This document shows, piece after piece, positions 48,293 through 62,400 of a stretch of 64,000 nt of DNA (its first letter is position 1; each line of letters begins with the position of its first letter). A program made the translations under genes and the position numbers. The notes below the pieces were generated by a model. That model searched no databases. It had not been told where the DNA came from and saw only the letters and a program-made list of their open reading frames with translations. Source of the DNA: Perna viridis (taxonomy: Eukaryota); the NCBI GenBank assembly GCA_037379345.1, contig CM074513.1:60181195-60245194 (forward strand), in the 5' to 3' direction.

Positions 48293-50492
48293 AAAAAAAT
48301 TCAGTCGAAATAGAAACGAGTTACTAAATATTACATGCTTTATTTAGGCAATTGAGCTAATTGCAGAAGATGGTGTATATAAATTAGCTTGCCAACTCTC
48401 ATACAATAGTGAAGTCATTTATTATGAATTAGTAACGAATGCGGAATATAGATTATTTCAGTGCTAAAACATCTTTGTGCAACAGATGAAAACACTTTTC
48501 ACTTCAATGTACAAAATAGCAGACGGATGTGTTTTGACGTACTTTATCGACTATCGTAAAAGTGATCTAGACGCAATGCGTTAATGCAGACGAACTTGTA
48601 AGTCGCGCCTGTACATAGCGGGTATAATATAACAAGGACAATATATTGTAGTGTGTTGACAACTTGTAAAGTGTGTTATACTCCATAAGAGTTATTTTTG
48701 TAATGAATGATTTGTTTTGACTTATTTTTAACATAAAATAACCAGCTACTAATCATATGTATGAGACCAGAGCTCCAAATACAACCAAAGAAATAATCTT
48801 TCAGAACCCATCAATTCTAAAATATTCATATCTAATGTACATTTGTACCAACTTTCATGAGGCGAAAAAAAAAGGGCACCTAAGCATGACAGACGACATA
48901 ATTAAAACCTAAACGACAGTAATATTTTCAGGGAAAGGTATAAAATAAGTACAACACATGTAAAGTTTCGTTTTCTGAGTATGTTCTGTCAAGATTAAAT
49001 TATGGATAAGTGCCTGTATGAGCTAGTAGCCATTATTTACTGTGCCGTCGCTGCCTGTGATGCGAGCCTTTGGGTCAAGGTTGTACGAAATACGTCTCAT
49101 GCGCTGCCTGAAAAATATATTTTCGATATCCACATCTTATTGAGAATATTCTTTTTCTGACAAAAAGGTAATAGATGGTGTATTTTCATATCATAAATAT
49201 CTTCTGTGCTGTCTACTAAATTTGTTCGTTAACAGTTTTGTGCTGCCTGTTAGTATTACAAAATACGGGAAAGAAAACCAATTAACCGGAAGATTTAGCG
49301 TTATAAAACCTGGTTGAACGCGTCATTTACATCAGACATTGCTGTACCAAGCCAGGACCATTGGACTTGTTTACGACGTATTTTTGCCTTTATGTTGCCA
49401 TTTGTTATATGAACTTACCCTTTGACTATTGCCTACAGTTAAGCAGTGTTGATCTTGTTCATACCCTTTATTCTAAGGGAGCAGCTATCTAGATTTAATA
49501 AGGAGAAGGTGGGGTCATTCTGCCATGTGTGATCTGAGTGAACTATAAATTATTCATCCTGTCCTTTGTGTTTCTAAAACCAACTCATCCTGGAATTTCC
49601 ACGTGATTTCTAGTAATATATTATTATTCAAACAGGGCATCATAAACCTAGTACACCTGTCAATATGTTATGTAGGTTGCACTTTGATATAATGTTGTTC
49701 TATCTATAAACCCAACAAATCTAAAATAATAGTCGCTACTTAAAATGATTATAATATCCCCTTGTTATCTGATAACTTTAACATATCCTACGGTCCATCA
49801 AAAGTCACACAATATAATAATAAACAACACCGAATATATTAGCAGTTGATAACATACATTTGGTATTTAAAGATATAATTGCTTTGTACAATCATCTCCG
49901 TCCTTTCCCAGTAATAACAAAAAGGTGAAAGTTGTCTCTGATTGACACTTTGATGGTATAACTGACATTAATCACCTTTCAAACATGGATGAATTTCAAG
50001 CTTTAATGAGACATTGTCATGTTTATTAAGTCGCAGTTCATGTGACTGTATTTCATACCTTCAGTGACGGTTATTTAATACAAATTGAAATTTAATTTGT
50101 ATATTGATGATTTGAATAAATGTGCTTTATTAAAACATAAATCATGAAAATGCTTTCGAAGATATTTATTAAATTACAAAAGAATCTTGGTACAAGGTGA
50201 TTTTTACAGACTAAATCATGATAAACTTCACTACTCAGTTCATGTATTTGGAAAGCTGTATCACTTCTATACCAATAAATCAACAGTAAATGTGTAGTTC
50301 TGGAAGCACCATTCAGTTTGTGTATTCCTCGACCCTCGTCCGTTTCTGTCCGACCTTACACTTCCCCTTTCGCTTCAATCATGCACTCGATTGAACCCTA
50401 GACTTTTTGCCCTTCAAATACACGCTTTCAAAAGTTCTACTCTAATTCAACAAATTTGAAATCACAAAATCATTAAACTCAAATGTGGGGTA

Positions 50493-53400
50493 TTATTCAG
50501 GAGATGGACACCGAATTAGAAGTGGTGTTTCTGTGTGATAATGACCAAGTCTGGCTGATTTTATACACTGTTCCTGCTTCCACAACGGCAAGTGATAAAA
50601 ATCTGATCTGGTCATTTTCATAACTTCCTTAAAATGTCTTTCTGTTAAGTGAAACTGCAAATGAATAAATTCATAAGTTATTTTAGGTTATGGTATTTCT
50701 TTCCTGTTTCGCAAAAAAAAAAAACTTTTAAAATTGTGAACTGCATTTTATTGCTATGAAGAAACAATCGTAGAAGTGGAACAGTCAATTGGAAGAAAAG
50801 TTTAGTCACTAGAAATATAAAAAAAATATCTTTCGTAAGATTTATTTGTATCATGAGAATCAACTCCATTTGTGAGTTGGCCCCGTGCAGGTCCGGGTGT
50901 CAAAAGAATAGGCCTGCAGCAGTGCTAACCTTGTCGTAAAAGGCGACTAAATAGTGCTCAGAACCCTAGCTGGGGGCTAGGGCGCTCTGCCCACAGAGCA
51001 ATTGGGATGTGTGCCCCAGGTGGTAGAATGGGGTACCCCCTGGCGTGTTACATGCTGGGGTTGTCAGGCTATAATACGGAAAACCTGACCGCAAACCATA
51101 GTGGTGCACCGTCTTGGGAAAGATGCCACGTTCCTCGCACGTTAAAGACCCCGACTGTGGTATTCTCCCGGAGTAGGAACCATAGGGCTCCGCCACAGGA
51201 GGCTAAATTGCCCGACCCTATTCTGTTCTCCCTATTTCCAGTGGCAATCAAAATTTGTCGACCCCATTATCCTTGTGTCCCATATTTATTTTGCATTTCA
51301 TCTTCATTTCATTTGGGGTTTAACGCCTGAATATAGCTGAAATTTTGCTGCTCGGGCGTTAAACCCCAACAATCAATCAATCAACCAATTGTGAGTTCGC
51401 TGTTTGACATTACCATGGACATGTTAGCTGCAGTGAGACCAGCTGATGTTTTTCTGGGGAAGACAACTTTGTCATGACAGTAGTTGTGTAGTGATTATGT
51501 CAATTTATATACATTACACTGTGTTTTGACTGATAATACGTCCTGTAATAATAACACCATAAAATGACACAACTAATGCAGTCATTATGATCATTATGAC
51601 AGGGTGGCAATGTGACTTGTTACCTCTTTATGACATCGATCAATCTCATCACAGGGATCCTTTCTTATAAGTTCTCGGTATGCGTATTTAGGATATTTTT
51701 GGAAGGTTCTGTCGATAATCTAAAAAATACAATTTACATAATATCTATCCAGCAGAAAAATGTGTAACTTTTTAACAAAAATTATTGAATTTATAACACG
51801 AATAATTGAGGAGACTGGCGATCATAAAATATAGCGAATCCATTTAAAATTTGTGACTGTCAAGAATTGATTGTCGTACTTACTGGGTATGTTGTATAGT
51901 CCTTATCGACAATAAATAGTAAAACTCTAGAACAAAAAAAGGAATTAACAAACCTCTTAGCAGGATAGTCACTGTACATGTGCGATGAAATATTTATCAA
52001 TTTGTGAATAAAATTTATCAACAAGTGAATATTTCAATTATTCATATAAAAAATATAAATAAACAAATAAGTTTTATTTAGAGTCGACATATAAAACAGA
52101 ATAAGAAACATAAGCTCTGGTAAGCTTTTGAACGACATATTGGGACCTAATGTGGATAAATATTTATTCTCATGTTGATGAATTATACATTGATTTCAAT
52201 AAATTTATAACAAGTAATAGTAAATTGTGTTAGATGCCGGGTTATCAAAGTTGAGTGTCTTTGGTTGATTATAAAGTTGGACCCGAGACATGCAACTGGG
52301 TGTCCAACCACATTATTACATTGTCAATTTATATCAATGATAAATATTCATAATTGATACTTGACCATAAATACTATACCAGAGGTTGACACTTTACAAT
52401 GAAATATTATAAGAAATTGAAAAAAAAAAGATTTTTGGGTTTATTATCAGTCATTACATTTCGCCGATCTCCGATCGCGATTGCCCATTTGGGGTGCGAG
52501 ACATCCTTCTGAAACAGCTTATTTTACTTCAATCATAGCCGTGGAGTTTGCAATTATTTTGAATTATGAGTGTGTTATTTCATATCCATGCACATTCATG
52601 TTCAGATTCCCTACATCTAGGACGTCACTAACTCAGCAGGTAATTACGTGGCATAGGAACTTGCCTCTTGATCGACATCAATTTTAGCATTCTCTTGACG
52701 AATTCTTTTTCTAGTCGCATTGTAGACCTCGTCTCCCTGGAATAAAAATAACTTTGGATAATAATAGGCTAGAATTGTTATTGTACTATTGTTATCCCTG
52801 TATGAACCTTTCATGAAAAAAGAACGATACAAATGTACCAGCGTATGACCTAAATCAAAAATAGTAAGTACTTTCATAAATTACCAAAACGTCTGTAAAC
52901 CTTACGTAAAACACACGTTTATGTAAGCTCTGAAGGCCCGGCAATAAAATTAATAAAACCCGCTGTAACAGAAAGGTGACACTTCTTCAAAATCAAACAA
53001 AAAAATAATATATGAAGACACAAAGAAACTCTAATGCCTCCTGACTGAATGCAATCTGTGGTCGGGTTAAATAAGGCCTTATTAACATCTTTTTTATCAA
53101 AAGAGGAGAAAAAACAACAAACAAATATCCCATAAAATCCATTTAATTATACATCCAATACCTCAACATACACCATATAGACAAAATCAGATATCCACTT
53201 AAAGAACGCTCGCAATTACTGAAAGTTAGCTCAGAATATACTAAAGAATGATAATACCATCAAAACTACACACGGGTCAAATAACTGTATTTGTGAAAGA
53301 AAGGTTAAAAAAAAATAGAAAATAATTTGAGCATCGTATCCTTTACGAAAAATTTCTATTACGGGCAGTTGCTAAAACCACAGGAGTTTTGTTTGAAAGA

Positions 53401-56400
53401 ATGTGTTTTATATATTATATTTCTATAAAAAAAACTAGGTTAACAATCAAGGATGGGTTTAATATGATTACATTAATATTGATTTGTTGATACTTACACC
53501 ATAAGAGGTATTGCACCAGTCCCTGAAATGCTTAATAAATGTTTCTGGTTCATGATTCTGTGATACAATCCAAATACTGACATCATCCAAACACCTAGCA
53601 GCAGAATCTTGTTCTATATATTGCTACAAATCAATGATAAATCATGAAAACATAGAGATGTTTTTCATAGTTCATACAGTCATATGAAATGTTATTTATT
53701 GGCTTCATCTAATAAAATACACTTTGTCTTACTACACTTCATACATTTACAATGTATTCATTACAACTGTTGGTTGAGGGAGAAATGTTGGCTAAGTTTC
53801 ATAAAGAAAATAATTCAACTGTTTACAAATGAATATTTAAAAAAAAAAACATTAACCTGCTGTAAAGACAGTAACCTTCCTCGAACATCCTCTTCAACAG
53901 CATCACCAATCCAAATAAAAATCTACGGAATAAAAACGTTCTGTTAACTTTATATTTGACAGTAGCAGGACGGAAAAAATATGACAATAGTAAGCCAATC
54001 ATACAATATTGTTTGGTATGTGGGAATAAGTTCTTACATAGGATTCTTTTTTGTTGTAATCTACAAGTTTCTTACCTGATCACATGTGTCCAGGAAGGAA
54101 ATATCACCATCTGTTAGGTCCTGAAATATAAAGTTTTATGTTTCTAAATAAGACATTAATAAATATCTGTTAACTAATGAGACATTAATAAATATCTGTT
54201 AACTAATGAGATATTTGCTATCTAAAACCACCCCAAGTTGACTAACTTACCTCTTTTTCAAAGTTGACAATGTCTTCAAAGCTGACAATATTGGTATGAT
54301 GACATAGTACTAAGTTTGGTGGACGTCGCTCTAATTTCTGCAACAAATAATCTATACAATATACGACATTAGTGTATTATGATAAACAATCAAATTCAAG
54401 TTAATAAACAAAACTAACTTGTTATCCAATTTAAAACATGAATGCTTCAGTAAAAACGATTACGATTTGTTTAACTCGAAATTTTTACGATTTCAAATTT
54501 GATAAGAACATGAGCAATTTCAAACTTTGAATAAAGCAATATATATGTATATAGATGTTTATATACATGTACGAGTATATTATTAAAGGTGTTCACCGGT
54601 TTAGGGAATTCCTCTGGATAATCACTATCAGAGCCCAGTACATTTTGTAGTCTGTCGTTTTCTCTTCCTTCCAGTACTATCTCGAAGTTAAACATTCTAA
54701 AATAAAACATACATTTGATTTCAATTACTGATAAAACCAGTTTATTTTTTTTAAAAAGGAGTTAAGAATGAATTTCTATCCTGTCTTCCAAGTAATTTTG
54801 TTGGTTCAACTTCCATAATAATAAATGATTAATGAACAAGGTTGTTGACAAACATTTGTCGAGATCATTCCACAACCAGTACGGTATCTTACGATGGTAA
54901 AATGATGTCTACACCGTTCTTTCTATAACTTTGTACACACAATCGTCATGGGAATGTCTTTGCAACAATATATTTGTATCATTCTAGCACTGAATGTTGA
55001 ATAAATTATCAACACAATACAATAATCATCATCCGATGGAAGAAATCTATCAAGTGTTTAAATCAAATTCTTACCATCGACTTTTAGATGAAGGAATCTT
55101 TTTTTTTGTAATTTGCATGTGCAGGTATAGAATTTCAATAGATCATTTTCAAGTACCTAAATTAAGCAGTCCATTCAAAATCTATAAAGAATCATATATA
55201 ACTTCTTTAACATAATGGTTCGTCTAAGTTTGAGTATTTTGTGCTACTTCAACCATCTCATTGCCTTTAGCTCTTTGTTGTTTACTTTCTATAAACCCCC
55301 TTAACATGACATAATTAAAACTTACTTTGAAGGATTTAGAAATTCCAACATACTCTTTGTATATTCTCTTTCGGGTCCACCGGACTTCTAAGTTAAAAAA
55401 AACATGAAAAAATTTAAATGATGTATTAGTTAACAATAGTATAAAATAGGATATGAAATCGTATGTATTTAAAAGTATAATGTTGTAATCTTTTATTGAA
55501 AAGTTTTAATGGTTATCCATTGTTGTTTGAAGAAATTAAGTGTTACTTCATAATCAAATGAATGAAATCGTATCTTAATTGAAGACTCAAGACTGCTTGT
55601 GTCATCCCTACCTTTCCATACCAGAGGAAGCATTCAACATCTGTCATTATAAGGTATGACGCTGATGAGTTTAATGAACGTCTACGAGGCACAACCTATA
55701 TAAAAGATAAAAACAATATCTTTAAGTCAAACATTACTTGGAACTTTATGATGATTAAATAAATAAACATATTACATGTAGATGGTTTGATATATAAACG
55801 TAATAGTCTGCAATATTGTTTTATATGAATATTTTATGTATTGTGTAATAAAATATTTGACTTGTATGAATGTGTATTATGTTTTACTATTTGACTTGGA
55901 CCGATTGACAGACGAGCTTTCGAAAACTGGTGATTGTATTGCAATCTAGTCGTAATCTTCTACAAAAATGTATATTCTTTTTCATGCTTGATTAGTACGC
56001 ACTTCTTTTCTTGTCATCTATTGGTTGGTAATTGTCGCGGATTAATTCCTTCTCTTGTCATCCATTGATTTTTTATTGTCGCGGGTTAATTCCTTTTCTT
56101 GATGTCCATTGGTTGGTGATTGCCTCAGGTTAATTCCTTTTCTTGTCATCGATTGGTTGGTAATTGTCGCGGGTTATTCTTTTTTGATTTGAACACTTTT
56201 ACCTAAATATCTGAACTGACATGTTGGTTTTTATGTTCATCCGAATCTACAATTAGTATTCTTTTCAACTCAACTATTTTCATATCTGATTTCAACTTCA
56301 CTATTACTCAAGTTAGTTTTTTTTAACATTTCTAGATTAATTGTGCATGTTAATGGTCCAGAAATAATCATTTTTACCTCGTATGAAAGTCCGATATGAA

Positions 56401-59400
56401 TGATTGATTGATTGTGTAACTTATATGAACATTTGCCTAAACGCATACAACTGTAAGGATATTTGACTATACTTAAATAATAGAGATTAATGGTTGATTC
56501 ATTTGACAATTCGAGTGGACCGCTCGAGAGTATGTGTTAACATTCAAATCGATCACATACTGTGGTCATAAAGTAATTGTTTTAAACTATAAATACAATA
56601 AGTGATTTTTGATACTTCAGGTACAATATAGTAAGACTGGGAACTATTCCTGTCACAAGCCATTTATAAATGTGTCTCTTGCATGATATGTGAAGTAAAA
56701 TAAGTGCTTTGTATTCTTGACTTTTTACTTTGCATATGTATTTGCTTTGCTATTTTTACGCTTATTGTATATACACAATCGCCTATCCTCGAACGCTGTT
56801 GTCCTGCTATCCAATATGTTTGATTTGATAATTTACCGTTTTCTTATAATTTGCTACATTTGAATATGGAGTAAAAACCCCTGAGACAAACTATATATTA
56901 AGCTAGTAGGTTTATACTTCACAAACAGATTGATGAAGCCGTATATTAAATTTACTCAAAGGTTATATTTTCCCTATGATAGGTAAATGTACTAAAAATA
57001 CATTCACGCATATGGTTGATTTTTAATGTTATCTTGATTTGCAAGATGCTACTGTGTATTATATTAAACTGTATTTTACAAGGCATTAACATTTACATGG
57101 CGATCAAGCATATGGAATCCTAGAATTAGTTTACTTCTATCACCCCCTATGGAAAACAGGGTTGTGACATAAACATAAGGTTTACTTCTATCACCCCCTA
57201 TGGAAAACAGGTTTGTCACATAAACATAAGTTTAAAAAAACATCTCGAAAATCCATGAATGGAACAAAACAAAAAAGGAGACTTAAGCATCGAAACCAGA
57301 AAGGAAACACAAATTAGACAAAACAACTGGAAACACAGTGACATAACGTAAGCCTTAGTTTGTATATCAGAACAAGCAACTCGTAAGCATATGCCCCCCC
57401 CGCCGTCGCAAAAAAAAAGTTGAAGTGCAAAAGTCCCTTAACTCCTGTAAAATTTGTCAAATTAAAAATGGCGGCACAATGTGATCAACAACAAATGGCG
57501 ACTAACAATCCTACAAAATTTGAACAAATGCAAGCGGTTTCCAAGGAGTTGCGTCCACAAGTGTGACCGGACGGACACCGTTATTTCCATGTTCCCTTCC
57601 CCGTAGCGGCGGGGGACAAAAATAACAATTAAGCGTAAGCAATCAGAAACCGCCTTCAGACTGGAGTAAGTTAATTGAAAAATAATAAACCTTTTCTCAA
57701 TGTATATTTCCAATCCAATCCCATAAACTCACTTGTAAAACTCTCATATTGCCGTTTGCAATTTCCCGAACACGGAACATCTGCGTAGAAAACTGACTAG
57801 AATCCTTAAGGTCACGGTCATGCTGTGAAAGAAAGTTTAAAACGTCAATATATGCTTCATTTTACTTGTTTTCATTAAACTAAAACAATTTGTAAGTTTT
57901 TATTTCATACAGAAAACCTTATTTAAAGTAATTATACGCAGTTGGACTTTTTCGAATTATTATTCGAAGTATTAACGAAACTGTCAATGGTGAAATTATT
58001 TTTGTATTGTAGGTTTGGTTAACAACAATAATAAAACCCACAAAACTCACAAAAGGAAAAAAAAATATGATAATACTAATGACAATTCAGGACTTACTAC
58101 AATGACACTGTTTTGAAGAACATTCATGAAGTGGGTAGGTTCTTTTCCGTCCAGTATCCGCACCTGTTAGATATACCAGCGAAAATGAATTCAATACCCG
58201 AAGATGGAAATAGTACTAAATAAACAAATGGAAGTATGATAACAACTATCTGGCCAAACTTTAACAATTGTCATAAAAAATATATGTAAAACATGAATCT
58301 TCAAAGAAAAAAAGTTTATGACTAACATTTGTACATGGAGGTTGACTTACAATAATACATTGATGATGTAACTCCGTATCTTTGGACAGCACATGTTTTA
58401 CTGTTTCTTGTTGCACCTCTTTTGAAGATTTTGATCCCTGAAAGAACAAAACATTTTACCCAGCCGAGATATACTAGGACAAATCAATCTTTTCAGAAGA
58501 AAATATCGAGAACAGGTATGGTGTATATATCAAAGAAACAACCCCTCAACCGGGAAGAAAGTCAGCCCAAGGCCACACATGTGTCTTCAATGAACGACAA
58601 GGAAACCCTCATATCTCATACATAATACGTTTTTGTAATACCTTTTTTATGCACTGTAAATTCTGAATAGTAAGTTATTTTTTGTATAATTTACAAAAAA
58701 CGACAGAACTTAAAAGAAATCAATTTGTTTCTAGAAGAAAAAAGATAATGTAAAAATCATCTACTTACCACCCAATAATACAAGACATATAAACTTCTCG
58801 TTTTCCGTTTGACTTCATTCAAAACGATATAACAACTACCATTACAAAATATGCCATGTTCATTCCAGGGTATTTCATACAGTTGGTCTGTCTCAACTCG
58901 CCATATCTAAATGGAAAGTATTCACTGAACATTACGTTAACATGATTGATTTGCACATTTTAATGGCTAAATTTACTTAGTCAAATTGATATAAACAAAG
59001 CTTGAATAGTGACTGATCCAGGGGTCCCCGGTTTTCTATATTTCTGGATGCGCCCTGTTAAAATGTATTTGATTGCTAAATTTGTTGGAGTAATACTCAT
59101 TTTTGTTCTACTCGTCAAAATCTTCACATACTAGTTATTTACCTCATTTTGAGGAACGATATCTGTCATTAGATCTTCAGACCAGAGTTCGTCTAATTTT
59201 GCCACAGTTCGGTTATCTTTAGTAGAGAACAGTGCTCTTTCTGAAAACAAGAATGTATCAAACTTATTTGGTTGTATGAATTTATCTGAAGTTTCTAAAG
59301 ATTAAATTAACACAATTGTTCATTTCAATATCCAAAAGTTTTTCATCGTTATGACATAAATTGAATTCATGATAAATATCTAAACATAGATTGTAAAATG

Positions 59401-62400
59401 TATAGTCCACTCATCCATTAAATACAAATAACATTTGTAAATTAACATGTAAAACAAAACACATTGTATGATCGGTTGTAAGAGCAATCAAGGGAACCAA
59501 GGTTATAGCGGTAATCAAAAGAATGTAATCCAGGGACAAAGACCAGACATGGAAAACAGACATACACAACAAAGAACATAAAGGAACTAAAATCATACAT
59601 ATAAAGTAACAAAAGCAAATGAGCAACTCGAACTCCACTAAAAACTGGGAGCATGGACCAGGTGCACCGGTAGGGTAAACGTCCTCTGCTTTTCTAGAAA
59701 CACCCGCCGAGTTGCTCATAAAAAGTCAAGTCCGGGGTAGACAAACGAGGAAAGGAAAACTATGACCCGTTGAATAAGTTTTCATGGTGCTGATGGATAC
59801 ACCATAACGATCCACGAGTTCATGATGACGACCATAAAACTTCTGTAGTGATGACTTCAATCTTGTAACGCCCCGTGCAGGTCCGGGTGTTAAAAGAATA
59901 GGCCTGCAGCAGCGCTAAGCTTGTCGTAAAAGGCGACTAAATAGTGCTCAGAACCCTAGCCGGGGGCTAGGGTGCTCTGCCCACAGAGCAACTGGGATGT
60001 GTGCCCCAGGTTGTGGAATGGGGTACTCCTGGCGTGTTACATGCTGGGGTTGTCAGGCTATAATACGGAAAACCTGACCGCAAACCATACTGGTTGACCG
60101 TGTTGGGAAAGATGCCATGTTCCTCGCACGTTAAAGAATCCTACTGTGGTATTCTCCCGGAGTATGAACCATAGGGCTCCGCCACAGGAGGCTAAATTGC
60201 CCGACCCTACCCACCTCTCCCTATTTCCAGTGGCAATCAAAATTTGTCGACCCCAATGTCCTTGTGTCCCATCCCTTTTTCATTTCATTATCATTTCATG
60301 TTCATTTCCTCATCAATTTCATGTTCATCGTCTGAATATAGCTGAAATATTGCTGCTCGGACGTTAAACCCCAACAAACAAACAAACAAACATCAATCTT
60401 GCAGCACAATAACCCTGTTCCAGAAGCCTATTTGTTAGAGTTTTAGCGCGATACAAAAAGTCTGCGTAGTTTCGACAAGCTCTGGCATAATTTATGAGTT
60501 GTGATATGAATACTCCATACGCAGGTGCCGAAGGGGTGTTGCCACAGATAAAAGGAAAGTTGACAATTCTGAATGAAAAGTCATCACGTTTGTCGTAAAG
60601 TTTGGTCAATAGTTTTCCTTTACCATCGATTTCTAATTGTAGGTCAAGATATGAGGCTGACTTCACAGTGTCGGTAGTATCCTTTACCTCAAGTTCTTTT
60701 GGGTAGATGCGATGTATCAAATCCCCGAAATTAGGATTGTTTAAAGATAATACGTCATCTATATAGCGGAAACTGAGATTGAAGGATCTAGCCAAACGAT
60801 ATTCTTTCTTTCTGATCAGATCAGCTATAAAGTCAGCCTCATAAGAGTGAAGGAATAGGTCAGCAAGTAAAGGAGCACAATTTGTTCCCATTGGAATGCC
60901 GACCGTTTGTTGAAAAACACGTCCACCACACTGGACAAATATGTTGTCGATTAAAAATTCAAGCATTTTGTTAACATCTTCCTCTGTATATTTGGAAGAT
61001 GATTGGGAATTATTTCTTACAAAGTATGAGGAATCTCTACCAAGAACTATATATTTGTATCTAGGTGTACCATCTTTTTTGGAAAAACAACGATGTATAA
61101 CGTTTTTAACTCGAGATTGTAACTGAGTATGGGGAATAGAAAAATATATTGTTGAAAAATCATAGGTTTTAATGCTATTATATTCAGATAATAGTCTTGA
61201 ACTGATTGTCTCCAAAAGATCTTTCCACATTAAATTGATATCATTACGGGAGTAACAAGCGTTGTGGTAGGAGTGCAGACCCTCTTTGACAGTTGTGAGT
61301 ATAGAAGTTAAAAGTTCTGAAAGTTTTTGTTTTGGTGGTACATTTTGCAGTTCCACCTATGAAACGTTGTTTGTATGGATTCTTGTGGAGTTTAGGAATC
61401 CAGTACATAGATGGTAAATCACAATCATCGTCCTTGGTAGAGAGACCAAAAGAGGATAGCACAGATTTATGGTTTTCCACAATCACTTCTTTGGAGAGAG
61501 TGGTAGCAGTATAGGTCTTATCACTGCTATTATTTTCTACGTCTACCTCTGATAATAAACATTGGATGTAAAACGTTTTGCAGACAAAAACAATGTTGTT
61601 TTGGGCTTTGTCTGCTGGTACGACAACATATTTTTCATGCATAGTAGACAATGTTTTTGCTACATCGGGGTCTTTGAAAACTGGTGTAGCCTTGGCACTC
61701 ATTGACCTACTTAAAACTTTCATTCGTTTGAAAATTAAAGACCTCACGGCCTTTAACCAGTCTGCCAGAGTATCAATGTCTTCTTGTTCTCGTTTTATCC
61801 ATTTTCTTGCATAGTCCTACAAATTATTTAAAAAAAAAAATAAACCATTTTTCCTTATCATTTCAAAAACAAAATAAAATATTGTAAACCCTATAATTGC
61901 TGAAAAAAGTAAGTTACCTATGTAACCTATACTGTACGTCAATAGTAATATACCTACGTTACCTATACCGTGCGTCAATAATAATTTACCTATGTTACCT
62001 ATACCGTACGTCTTTAGTAAATCTCATATGTTACCTATACTGCACTTCTCCAGTCATTTACCTAAGTTACATATATTGTACGTCTATAGTAACTCTCCTG
62101 TGTTAGCTATATTGTATTTCTCTAGTATCTTACCTATGTTACATATACTGTATTTCTCCAGTAATTTACCTAAGTTACCTATACTTTACTTCACCAGTAA
62201 CTTACCTATGCTTCCTATACTGTATTTCTCCAAATATTTACCTATGTTACCTATAATGTACTTCTCCAACAACTTACCTGTGTTACCTATACTGTCCTTC
62301 TCTAGTATCTTACCTATGTTACATATACTGTATTTCTCTAGTCACTTATCTATGTTACATATACTGTATTTCTCCAGTAATTTACCTGTATTACCTTATT

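Noticed and set aside
55224-55300. Candidate villin exon (ESKQQRAKGNEMVEV..)
   Set aside because: No compatible phase or donor; exon 55326-55387 gives the correct gelsolin motif and phase.
14748-59719. Recurrent hydrophobic ORFs MLPVFSGVRVAHLL.. / MLCMSVFHVWSL.. as a membrane-protein family
   Set aside because: They are translations of the T-rich 3' UTR of the Penelope-like repeat, with variable frames and ends.
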